A stretch of DNA of 64,000 nt, from positions 4,340,001 to 4,404,000 of the forward strand of contig NC_087462.1 of NCBI RefSeq assembly GCF_036321535.1. Reading direction: 5' to 3'. The DNA is from Camelus dromedarius. Its lineage: Eukaryota. Below are positions 1 to 25,950 of this stretch, piece after piece; positions within the stretch are counted from its first letter, which is position 1; each line of letters opens with the position of its first letter. Below the pieces are notes generated by a model. That model searched no databases, was not told where the DNA came from, and was given only the letters and a program-made list of their open reading frames with translations. Both the position numbers and the translations under genes were made by a program.

Positions 1-560
1 TACAATGGAGAAATCTGGCAGACACTGCCTTAATCAAGTGATCAGGGTTTTCACAACACCACTAATGGATCAAATCAGTACCACGTGGCTCCTGAGACAA
101 AGGACAGAGAAGGACATGGTATCTCTTCAGTGATGGTCCTGCCAAAAGCTCAAAACTTGAATAGGATCATGAAGAAGCATCAGGCAGACCCAGAGAGTGG
201 GACAATCTACAAAATATCTGGCCTGTGGACTTCAGAGACGTCGAGGGTGTGAAAGTCACAGAAAGAACAGCTGATAGGGGTCGGAAAGATCCAAAGGATG
301 CTGAAGGGACCCAACCAGAAATGCAGCATGAGAGTCCGGACAGGGTCCCTTTTCCTATAAAGCGCCAGAAACAAAAAGAAAACCCAGCAAAACCAAGAAA
401 AAACAAACAAACAAAAACCTGGTGAAGTTTGAATGGTGTTGGAGGACTTGGTGGTGATGAATCAGTGTTAGCGTCCTAATTCTGATGGCTGCACTGTGGT
501 TTTGTGGGAGAATACAGGCGTGCTTCGGTTGAGCTTTGCAGATACTGCGATTTTTTTTTT
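1..560 (+). mobile_element. Old L1 (L1MC/L1MD-like) 3' UTR fragment
   Basis: TACAATGGAGAAATCTGGCAGACAC...AATCAAGTGATC and GGGACAATCTACAAAATATCTGGCC are typical of L1MC/MD 3' ends. Confidence 0.55.
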
Positions 561-614
561 TCAATCAAAGTTTTGTGTCAACCCTGCATTGTAAGATGAT
601 GGTTAACACTTTTT

Positions 615-806
615 TTTTTTTAGCAATAAAGTATTTTAGAATAAGGTATGTACATTTTTAAGACATCACACAATTGCACACTTAACAGACTATAGCATAG
701 TGTAAATATGACTTTTCTATGCAGTGGGAAACCAAAAAGTTCATATGACTCACAGTGTTGCCATGGTCTGAACAGAACCCACAATATCTCTGAGGTCTCC
801 CTGTAT
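615..806 (+). mobile_element. Tigger1-like DNA transposon 3' end
   Basis: GCACACTTAACAGACTATAGCATAGTGTAAA...GGGAAACCAAAAAG...ACCCACAATATCTCTGAGGT...CCTGTA. Confidence 0.65.
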
Positions 807-2059
807 CTTTGTTTCTAGAAAATCCCCACCAAACTATCTAGGGGTGTTGGGGCAAATGGTTCAGGAGGAAAAAAGTTTTTTAGATTTCATTTCCAGTTTT
901 TCTGTAAAGTTTAAGACTATTTAAAGAAAAAAAAAATGAGGATTTTTTTTTGCTTTGCTCTGCCAGCCTGCCACTGAGGAAGTGTCCCCGTCTTCTGTGG
1001 CTTTTAAGCAAGAGTATTTTCATCACTTTTTATCTTGTAATTGATAATGTAATTTCCATCAGTTTCAAGTGTCAAGTCACTGACACTTGACTCTGCCCTT
1101 GGAACCCAATTTGATCCACGCAAGTCCCAATCCCCTGTGAAAATGACAGGACACACGAAAGAAACGTTCCAATGACTTATAGAACCATCCCCAGAGACAT
1201 GACAGCTCACCATAAAAATCATTAAAAAGAGAAATTTGGATGGGTTAAAATGGACTGGGGTTTTGCCAAGGTGATCCTCGCAAAAGATACCGAGCTGCCT
1301 GGGGTGCAACATCCAAATGTTGTTTCAACAAAGCCCCTCCTGTGAGAAGTCTTTCCCTAATTAGGACGGATTAAAAGATGCTTCAGAAAAGGAGGGATCA
1401 GGCCATCCAGGGCTTCTCTGCCTTTCAGAAGATGACAGTGAGGGCCCTTGTCAGTTTTATAAGTGGAGGCGTAGTTATAAGTTGCAATCATATGGAGACA
1501 ATTTTGGTTTTGCTTTAGTTGGGCTTCTGATAAGAGAAATTTCTCTTGGCTTTGCTTCAAACTTAACTTGGTCTGAGATGGAAAGTTTCAAGTGTGTGAA
1601 TGTTTCTGGAACACAATGAATGAATGAATGAGTGAGTGAATCTTGTTGGTAGGCAGAAGTTGGACACCTCTCTTTGGAAGGCAACATGAATTTGTTTCTT
1701 TGGTAAAGGCATGCTTAGGAACACATGCCAGTCTTGCCACTGGCAACTTGTGCGGCCTGCCCCGTCATCTGGAATGTCACCCCCCTCAGACCACAGATGT
1801 CCTGGGCGCTGGCGTTGTCAAACTTCAGAGTGATGGGAATGGGCCAGGGTGATCCTCCCAGGCAGGCAAGGAATCTTCTTCCCCATTAGACTAATTCCTT
1901 CTCCTTCCCTCAGACCTGAACCACCTCGCTCTCTATCTGAGGGCTTTCTTACCCCTCCGACAGGGGCTTCATCCTCCCTGCTTCCCCCTCAGACAGGCCC
2001 TCCTTCCCCCTTGGGCAGGCACCTCGGCCAGGGGCCGCCTCCTCCCGGGTGAGACTTAC

Positions 2060-10638
<8,579 letters not shown>

Positions 10639-10699
10639 GGTGCAGGGGCAGTGGAGGGACAGAGGGGCAAAGGGGCAGAGGGACTGAGGGAGAGGACGG

Positions 10700-10845
10700 G
10701 GAGGAGTGAGTTGGGGCTGCTGGAGGCTGCCTTTTATCTGGCTCCCCCCTTTTCCCCTCCTCAGCCCAGCCCTCCTCTCCCTGCAGCCTCCCCCCTCCCT
10801 GGGGCTGCCCCAGATTTCTCAATACGTTTCCTAAATTTTTCAATC
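10700..10845 (-). promoter_or_regulatory. C3: C3 proximal promoter: TATA-like GATAAAA and tandem C/EBP-type sites
   Basis: The minus strand reads ATTGAAAAAT-TTAGGAAAC-GT-ATTGAGAAAT (10814-10844), then GATAAAA (10732-10738), about 95 nt above the ATG. This resembles the C/EBP acute-phase element of human C3. Confidence 0.75.
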
Positions 10846-13084
10846 TGCAGGGCCAGCAGGGGCCTGGGGTAAGTAACCCAAGGGCATGTCCTCCTGCAAC
10901 AGGAGAAACACAGCAGCCTCCTGCCCTGGCCTTTTTCAGGGTCAAGGCCAGCTGGAGAATAGGGACCTTTCCCTGTGACACTCATTTTATAGCAGAGGAA
11001 AACCGAGGGCAGAGACACCCCCCCAGCCCCACCCAACCCCAAATATCTGGGCCTGGTCTTCAGTCCACTTTTGGCCATGCATTTATTAACCAAATCCTTC
11101 CTGTGAGTCCATCTTTATGCTGGTAGCTAGAGTCCCACTTCTAGAACCTTCCATGCTGGAGTTGAGGGTGGGGGACGGAGTCCAGCACTGACACTCGTAG
11201 CCCCATGGGGTGGCTTCCTCAGTGGAGAAGAACTCTGTTTCTTAGAGGGTCAGGGAAGGCTTCTTGGAGGAGAGAACATTTTAGCTGGACTTTGAAGTAT
11301 GTGTAGGAGTTCACTATCCAGCTGAGAAGGTTTTCTAGGGCAAGGAGAGCCTGGATCTCCCTTCATATATTCTTGTCAAGGGGCCCGAGTGACTATGAGG
11401 GTTTATCAAAATCATAATTGAGGACGGTCTCATTGCTAGTTTTTGTCTTACATCAATATCGTCTTAGGATAGTGTTATGAAACTTTAGTTTTTTGTGTAT
11501 GAGTAGGTAATAAAGTTATATGGCTCAACGTCTTAAAGGTAAAAGTAAATACACAGGGAAGAGGTAATCCTTCTCCAGCTCCTATTCTTGTGCATTTACA
11601 AGTGTTTGCAAATTAAAAAAAAACCAAGTGCCAGCAAGCTCCACACACTGCCCTGCCTCCTCTCCCCGGGTCACACCTTGCTTGTTCATAAACAAGATAC
11701 CTTAGAGATTGTTTCCTATCAGTGCACAACTTCCTTGTTCTTACCAGCGACTGTTTCACTGCCTTGTGTGAAAATAACCAGCCACCTACTGATGGACAGA
11801 CAGACTTCCATTGTTCCAAACCATGCTCCCTCCACGGGGTAATCTTGAACTTGTATTATTTTCCAGTTCTCACTATTATGAGGTGGTAAACTTTGGGCAA
11901 GTTACTGATAGCCATCTGAGCCTCAGTTTCCTCCTGTAAAGGGGGGTTTTATCATAGCAGCAGCTTCAAAGAGTTCTTACTGCAAGGAGAAGAGATAACC
12001 TGGGATCAAAGTCTGTGCGCAACAGTAATCTTGCTAGATATGTCTCAGTTCCCCTCCAACAGTATAGTGATTTGCATGCTTGCTGGCCCTGCGCAAAATT
12101 GCCAATTTCCTCACAGCCTCCCCTCGAGGGCATGTTGGTAAAACCTTTGGATTTTTGCCTCAGTGTCATTTTAATTTAATTCCCAGGAGGCTGAACATCT
12201 GGGGCAGGAATATGTGAAGTCCAGGTGAAGGAGGGGATGGTGTGTGGATAGGCAAACCCAGATCCCTGAGGGGCTGGTTTCCAAAGCTCCTTTAAGGGGT
12301 TAATGGCGAACTCACTCTGATTTCCTGTAAACCATGCTCTTTTCCTGGCTATACACCATGGCCCGGTCAGGGGGAAGGCCAGCGGGGAGGCGTGGAGAAA
12401 CAGAACAAACCTGGCTTATGTCTGCTTTGATTGCGACATCCTTTCCTTGGAAGAGGAGGAGGCGGGAGAGGCAAACACCTGCTTACCCTCCAGAATGGGG
12501 GTGCCACTTCTGAAACCTGCTACAATCCCCTCATCCCCCAGTGCTTTGTTTTCCTCCTCTGCCCCCCATCAGAAAACCCCCCACTCCTTTTCTTGGTTTC
12601 ATTATAGCCTTAAGCATTCGGGCTCTGTGGTTTGAGAAGGAATTCCAGCTTACTTCCATTTCCCTGGGAGGCTGGGCTCCTTCCTTGGAACCTCAGTTAG
12701 TCCATCTGAACAATGGGACTGATGATAGTTTCTGCTGTTTTGAAAATTAAATGAACTCAGATGCCTCGGAGCCCTGGGCTTGGAGGGAAGGCTCCTGCCC
12801 GTGGTGGTGGAGGTCTGGGAAGGGTCCTGGCCCTGACTTCCAGGAAGTGACCAGAGGGATGGAGCGAGGTCTCCTGGGAGGCAAGGCGGTGAGAGTCAGA
12901 ATCCTTCCCGGCTTTTCCCTGGGGAATGCACGTTTGCACCCAGAAGTCTGGGAGGAGGATGGTGGCCCCTCACCACAAGCCTAGCAGGGGAGGGAGAGAG
13001 GAGGCCTTCCTGGCTTGGAGTGGGGGAAAGCGAGGCTGCCTGGGCTGGTCCTATTTAGGGAACCAGGGAAATCTGGAACATTCT

Positions 13085-13162
13085 TATACCAACCAAGTTA
13101 TTTGTTGTTTATCTGAAATTCAAATTTAACTGGAAAGCCTGTATTTTTCTGGCAGCCCTAGC
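13085..13162. mobile_element. MER53-like hAT fragment
   Basis: TTGTTGTTTATCTGAAATTCAAATTTAACTGG...CTGTATTTTTCTGGCAGCCCT. Confidence 0.6.
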
Positions 13163-14271
13163 TGGGGTGCAGAGAGAATAAAGGGAAAACAATGGGCATG
13201 ATTTCTGGAGGGGGAGCCCAGGCACCCCCCACCCCCCACGCACCTGCCTGGGTGCGGTTATCTCTTGGCGGCACCCCATACCCACCCTTCCCTCACACAG
13301 GTGCGGCCAGGCCTGGGAGCAGCAGGGACCCCCCTTCCCTGCCCCCGCTCCTGGATGTGGTCCTTGCTACACTGCTTTCTGGGAATTTCTCTCCAGGACT
13401 CACAGCCAGGCCTCCCCTCCACACCCCCCTCCCCCAGCAGCCTGGGCTTCTCCTTCTCCCCCAACCCATTACTCATTAACTCGTAGTTAACCTTGACCTG
13501 GTTGAGCCAGTCCGCCTGCCCTCTGGCTCCTCCCCCTACCCCCCTCATGCTTACCCAGCTGAGGCCCCCTGGGCACCAGGGACCCTCACCCTGGAAGACT
13601 CAGGGGCCAGAGATTTTGACTCCAGCTCTGCCTCCTCCCAGCCTTGACGCCTAATCTGTAAATTAGACATTCAGAGCCACAGAACCTCCCTCTGGGTCTT
13701 GGGGTTACGGTGCCTACAAGCCGAGGGCTCAGCCCGGTGCCCGGCACATGGCCAGCCCACGACGTGCTTTAGCTGGTTTTTAATTTTTGCTGACACCTGC
13801 TTCTCCTCTCTCTTGCCATGTTTCAGTGGCAGTCCCCCCGGGTCTCCGAGCCAGGGTTCCCATGTCCTCCATCTTCCTCGTCCTCCACGACCAGCCCCTG
13901 ACCCTTAGACCGTCTCTCAGCCAATCCCTTCTCCCTGCCCTTGTGGTCCCTGGCCTTTCTGGCGTAGGCTCATCTCCTCCAGTTCATCTAGTCCATAGCA
14001 ATGGGAGACTTTTCCCTAAAACACACCTTTGCGTTCCTTTTACAGAATTAAGATGTATAATACAGGCATAGGCGCTCGTGACCGTGAACCGTGAGGCTCA
14101 GCGGCAGCGTCAATTTCTCGCATCTTGTTTATTCCAAATGCTTTAGGTGCTATCACTGTCCCCATTTTACAAAGAAACTTGGGGCTTTGGCCACTTGCCC
14201 AAGATCCTCTAGCTGGTAAGAACTGGAATTTAAACCCTGGCAGCTGGGCTCTGGCGTTCACGTTCCTAAAC

Positions 14272-14725
14272 TGTATGAGCTTCTGACCGCTGCTGTAACA
14301 AACGATTACAACCCTGGGAGCTTAAAACAATACATTTTTAGAATCTTACAGTTCTAGAGGGCAGGAGTTTGAAATTAAGGTGTGAGCAGGGCTGTTTCCT
14401 ATGGAGGCTCTCGGAAAGAATCTGTTTCTGGCCTTTTCCAGCTTCTAGGGGCTGCCTGCATCCCTTGGCTTGTGGTCCCTTCCTGCATCTTCAAAGCACA
14501 AAATTCTAGCCTGTTTCCAGCATCACATCTCATTCTCTGATCCTGACCCCACTGCATCCCTAAAATGATCCTTGTGATGACAATGTGTCCACCAGAGAAA
14601 CCCAGAATTATCCCGCATTCTGAGATCCTTCATTTAATCATACCTGCAAAGTGGCTCTTGTCATGTAAGGGAACATAATCATGGGTTCTGGGGGTCAGGA
14701 TGGGGACACGCTGGAGGAGTCATGA
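14272..14725 (-). mobile_element. MLT1 (ERVL-MaLR) solo LTR
   Basis: GCTGCTGTAACAAA...ACAGTTCTAGAGGGCAGGAGTTTGAAATTAAGGTG...CATACCTGCAAAGT pattern. Confidence 0.7.
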
Positions 14726-15861
14726 GTCTGCCTCTCCCAGCATTCATGTGGAGTAAAACATCCACCCTGTGTGGCCATATCTCTCCATGCTTTAAACTCT
14801 TCCTTGGCTCTGTGAGACCCAGCATCCAGTCCAAGTGTGTCTGCCTATCTTCAGGCTGCCGCCGGCTGCCCTTGTCCCTCCACTGGCCCCAGCCAGACCT
14901 GCAGCACAACTCGCAAGCTATTCTGGGCATTGCCTTGCTGCATAACTTCCTCAGTCTGCAATGCCTTCCCACTTCCTTCTTTGTCTGGCTGGGCTATATG
15001 TTCATCTGGGCCCCAGTTATACATGTTTCCGCTTGCAGGAAACCTTGACCTCAGCCCTGGTTCCCTTCCCCTGTCCCATGACTGTGCCCCCCCCCACACA
15101 CACACCAAGGAATAGCGCTCAGAGCTCCAAAAGAGGTCTAGTGTTTGAGTTAAAGGATGAAGCATGGCGGGGGAAGAAATGCATCCTGGGAGCCTGACTG
15201 CAGGTGTGTGCAGCTGCATCTCTAACCTGCCGTGATCCCTGAAGCTTCAGGGAAATCCAGGAAAGGCCAGGCTGTGTGGGAGGGCACTGTGCTGAGCCAC
15301 TGACTCCCACTACCACCCGTGACACTCAGCTCTACAGGGTCCCCATTTTACATGCCAGGAAACAGAGAGATTAAGCCGCTTCACAGGGTCACACACCAAA
15401 TAGGGAGCAAGGTCAAGAGGCTTGGTGGCCGGGAGCCTAGGTGCAGAGGGGCGGTGCACACGGTGGTAAAGGACAGCTCTGGAACCAGACTGCTGGCCAT
15501 TTGAGTCCTGAGCCTTCCAACAATTTGCTCGCTGTGTCACCTTGGGCAAATTACACAGACTCTCTGTGCTGCCTAAGATTTTGAATCAGTTAAAGACTAT
15601 GGAGGCCTTAGAATAGGGTGTGGCATATAGCAATCACTTGGCTTCCTGTGGGCCTTTCAACCCCTCCAGCCTCTGCACGTGTCGTCCCCTCCTCTGCATC
15701 CTTTCCTCACTTCTCTGTTCACCTCTGATTCCCCAGGCCGGGCCAGGGCCCTGTGATGAAAACGTCCGGCGACACGAGTGCTGGGACTGGGCGGTCTGGG
15801 TCGCGGCGCCGCCCGCAGCACCCAGCACGGGACCCAACATGCAGCAGTCACTCCATTAACA

Positions 15862-15867
15862 TTTATT
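15862..15867 (-). terminator. GPR108: GPR108 polyadenylation signal AATAAA
   Basis: TTTATT on the plus strand, about 390 nt downstream of the stop codon. Confidence 0.75.
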
Positions 15868-16257
15868 GACTGCAAAGCAGTGGGTGCTGAGCCCTCTCCC
15901 GCCCCCCTCACCCCGCCCCCAGCACGCGTCTCCAAACTTCAAACACAGCCTCTCCGTTAGCGCTCACGCCTCAGAGAGGCAAGAACCCGGGGCAGGAAAA
16001 CAGACTGGTCATCATTGTACAGCTGCAAGTAGGGGGTGGTCCCGGGTGGGGACAGGGCTGCTCAGCACTTGAGGCGGTGGGAGGCTGTCTGTCTTCTTCG
16101 GGACAGGCTCCAGGAACTCGGGTCTCGGGGAGCTGGGCGCCGTACGAGCACTGGCCCCCTCCTCCTCCTCCCAGCCGCGCTCTGGGAGATGCTACAGTGA
16201 GGAACGTGTGAGGAGAGGACGAAGGAGGACGAAGGACTGTCCGAGGTGGGGACATCA

Positions 16258-22526
<6,269 letters not shown>

Positions 22527-24499
22527 CTCTGGAGCCACCTCCTCCCCTGACACCGCCTCTGGCGCCTCCGGGCCCGCCTACCGGTGAGCCAATCGCTGCA
22601 CGGTGGGGGCCGACCTAACAGCGTTTTCGGCCCGCTCAACCAGTCAGCGCTCTTTTCCTCGCAAGCCCTCCCTATACGACACCAAATGGACAACAGCGGC
22701 TCCGAATGGGAGTGAGGATTTCGCTTAATCCCGCCTCCACCGTCACCAATCATTAGAAAGATTGTCCCGGATATAATCTGATAAACAGTCCATCCAACCA
22801 ATTGTGGTAGATCTAATATCCGGTCCCCGGAGGGGAATTCCTCCACCCACTCGTAACTGACAGACTGGTTCAGAACTACAGTACCCGGAATGCAGTGGGA
22901 GCCGATAGCTCAATAGGGCATTTAATAAACTACATTTCCCAGTATCCCTAAGGACGGACTTCCTCTTTCTTACCCTGGGGATGTGGCTCCCAGCCAAAGC
23001 TCAGGGTTTTGGTAAACACACGCATTTGCTAAAGCCTGTCCTGTTCTCCTAATCTTCCTGATCCACTGAGAGGCCAAAACCTACCCCCAAGCTAAACCTT
23101 AACCCTAGGATGACCTGTGATCTCAGGCTGAATCCCCAGCCTTAGATGAATCCTATTCTGGAGTGAGGCGCAGGAGGCCCACCCCCAGATCCCAGGCTGG
23201 TCTTGACTCAGGCTGAACCCCGGCCCAAGACTGAGCTCCCTACCTGCAGCTGAACCCCGACCTGAGCCTGAAACCCAGACTCCCCCGTCTCCTTCTACCC
23301 TTAACCTATACTGACCCTTAATCTCTGGCTGAGCTCCCACTGGGACTGAGTCCTGACCTCAGATTAGGACTGGACCCTGGACCTTAGTTTGAGTCCCAGG
23401 CCTTCAACTGGGTGGCTGACCCCTCTGCTAAGCCTCCGATCTCAGTCAAACTCCATCCTAACTGTGATCCCCTCCTGGGATAAATCCCAATTTCAGTTAG
23501 ATCTGAGACCCTACCCCCAGGCTGAACTACCGAATCCCAGACCCCGGGCTGAGCTCCTGACTATTCTGATCCTTCAACCTCTGGAGCACAAGTCTACTCT
23601 GCAATTTGAGGTGTTCTAACTCAGAAGCCACCAGCAGGTGGGGCCAGGTCCCCGCAGAGCCATCGGTCCCAGTGTGGGCTCCTGGAGCTATCTTCCTGGG
23701 CTCCCCGGTCTTTGTACTGGGAGACCGGAGCCTCGGTGCCTAACTTGTCCCCATGGGGCCCGGAACCCCCAGCCCCAGCAGGGCAACTGTCACCTCAGTA
23801 GCCAAAGAGAAGCACCAAAGGCGGGAGAAGATGAAGGCAGTTGCTGCCGGGATCTCTCCCCTTTCATCCCAGTGCCTCAAAGGGATTAACAAGATGTGAA
23901 CAGACTTTTATGAGGGAGGTGACAGACTTCCAAAACACCAGGGCTCGAGTGTGGGAGGAGGGGCGGGGGTCGTTGGGGTCGGAGTCGGAATCCCAGGGTC
24001 GGTGCAGACAATTAAACCTGATTTGGCCTTAATGGATGCAACTGGAAAATGGGCAGGTGCAAGCACGAACTGGACGGAAGCCGGGGAAAGGCCTGGGCCC
24101 GGCGCCCCAAGGACGGCCTGTCCTCAGTTTCCCAGAGCAGACTTTAGGGAGGGAAGCAGGATGCGGTGGGGGCACTAATGGACCCAGCCTTGGCGGAGGC
24201 GCGTCCTGGGCAGGATCGAAGTCCTCCCATCCGCCCTGTGGCCGGAGGGACCAGACCATTAGTGGGACGACCGTAGACGTCTGGAGCCGGGCCGGCCCGC
24301 AAGAGCCGGGTGACCTCAGGTTCTCCCTGCGACGGGGTGGGGGAAGGACCTCTTGAGTTGGGATTTTATTGTCTTGGCACTTTAAGGAATAGTTGATAGG
24401 AAAGAGGAAAGGAAAAACAGTCCGGGGCGGAGCAGGGGTGGGGAGGACAAGAGGGTTTCAGGGGATTTGGAAAATGGGTGGGGGTCCTTTAAGGAGTCT

Positions 24500-25950
24500 G
24501 TCCAGCGGCGTCGGGTGGCGACGTTTCTTTAAGAGGGGGCGGGGCGTCCGTTGAGCCCCGCCTCTTTGGGGGCCCCACCTTCAGGGGGCTGTGCAGTGAC
24601 TCCGCGCGGGCGGGGGCGTGGCAGAGTCTATGGGGCGTGACTGAGACTGGAGTGGGCGGGGCCTGAGCGGGGCGGGGCCCGGCTCACCGCCCTGGGCTGA
24701 GTCTCCCCTCGGAGGGCGGCGGGCGGCGGGGACCGGGTGCGGCGACGTCTGCATCGGCGGGAGCAGCATGGATTGGGGCACCGAACTGTGGGTGAGTCCT
24801 ATTGGCCTGGCTCCAAGTTTTTCTCTTCCTGGAGTCTAGACCCCCACTTTGCCCCTGCAGTACCCTAGCGGGGGCTCTTCTCTTTCTCTTCCACCGATCC
24901 CCGGAATCCCCGCTCTCCGCCCCCATTCGGAGTTTCCCAGGGCGTTTCGGGACGCCTGGGAGCGGAGGGCGACCTTGCAGGAGTGGAGTAGGGAAACTGA
25001 GGTAAGGGGTTCAGAGTGAGGAGGGCAGAAGAAGCCCTGGGATCAGGCCGGGGCGGCCGGGAGAGGTCACCTATTTTGAGCACCCTGGTCTGGGCCGGCG
25101 GCTTATCTTACGGCCCCTGGGTCCCTGCCCGCCGTCCGCCTGTCCGGCTGGGGCGGGGGAGGGGACCCTCTGGCTACTTTCAAACCCACGTGGGACCTGG
25201 AAGTCCTGACCTCCCTTTCGTCGCCTCTAATCAACAATTAGGGGCTTGGGGACGCTGTAGGGGGGAGGGGGCTGCGGGGCTCGGCCTCAGCCCCCTCCCG
25301 CCATCCGCCCCAGGCCCTGGGAGGGGCCGCCACCAGGCCGCCTTTAACCTCTGCTGTGGAAGCCCCAGGAATTCACCTATCCAAACCGGGACCTCTAATT
25401 CCTCCTCTTTCTGGGGGGCGGTGACACTCCTGGGTTCCCGGGTGCCCCGGGGTAACTAGATCGCCCCCCACCCCAACTCTGGGATTTCTTTTGGAGGTGC
25501 AGTGGAGTCAATGAGCGGATCTGAATGCCCCCTCAGGGGATCCAGGGAAGCATGGCGACCGGGGGAACCTGGTGCCTGCCCTCTGGCCATTCTGGGGCCC
25601 CCCAAGCTTCGGGGAACCCTGCCCCTCTGGCCCTGACTCACGCCGGGCCGGCCGGATTTTCCAGAATCTGGGGGGGATTAGGGGAGCTGAGGCAGGGGGT
25701 GTGGCCTTGCCCCATTCCACACCCCTCTTGGCCGTCGGGAGAGGGGACCCTGTAGTCCGGCTGGGGCCCCGCCCCTGTTCCCTGGTCCTTCCCGGGAAGG
25801 GGAGGGGGTTCCCGCCGGTTTCCTGCCTCCCCCCGCGCCGCTCCGGGGCGGGGCCGGGAAGCCACTCCTTCTTGGAGCTCGGAGCCTTGAGGCTCCCCTG
25901 CGCCTGGTCGGCGGGCTGTGGGGTCGCAGGATCTTGACCCTAGTCCTCTC
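24500..25950 (+). promoter_or_regulatory. TRIP10: TRIP10 CpG-island promoter and first intron
   Basis: Dense CpG with multiple GGGCGG boxes (24536-24690) just upstream of the ATG at 24768. Confidence 0.7.

Noticed and set aside
1065-1090. Perfect 10-bp hairpin TCAAGTGTCA-6 nt-TGACACTTGA
   Set aside because: About one such stem is expected by chance in 64 kb.
1004-1312. 102-aa minus-strand ORF in C3 intron 17
   Set aside because: No recognisable protein similarity and the start is not a good AUG; kept only as part of the cryptic-exon lead.
23050-23600. Degenerate CTGACCC/CCCTAACC-like low-complexity tract
   Set aside because: No stable period and not a telomeric or CRISPR-like array; treated as compositional bias.
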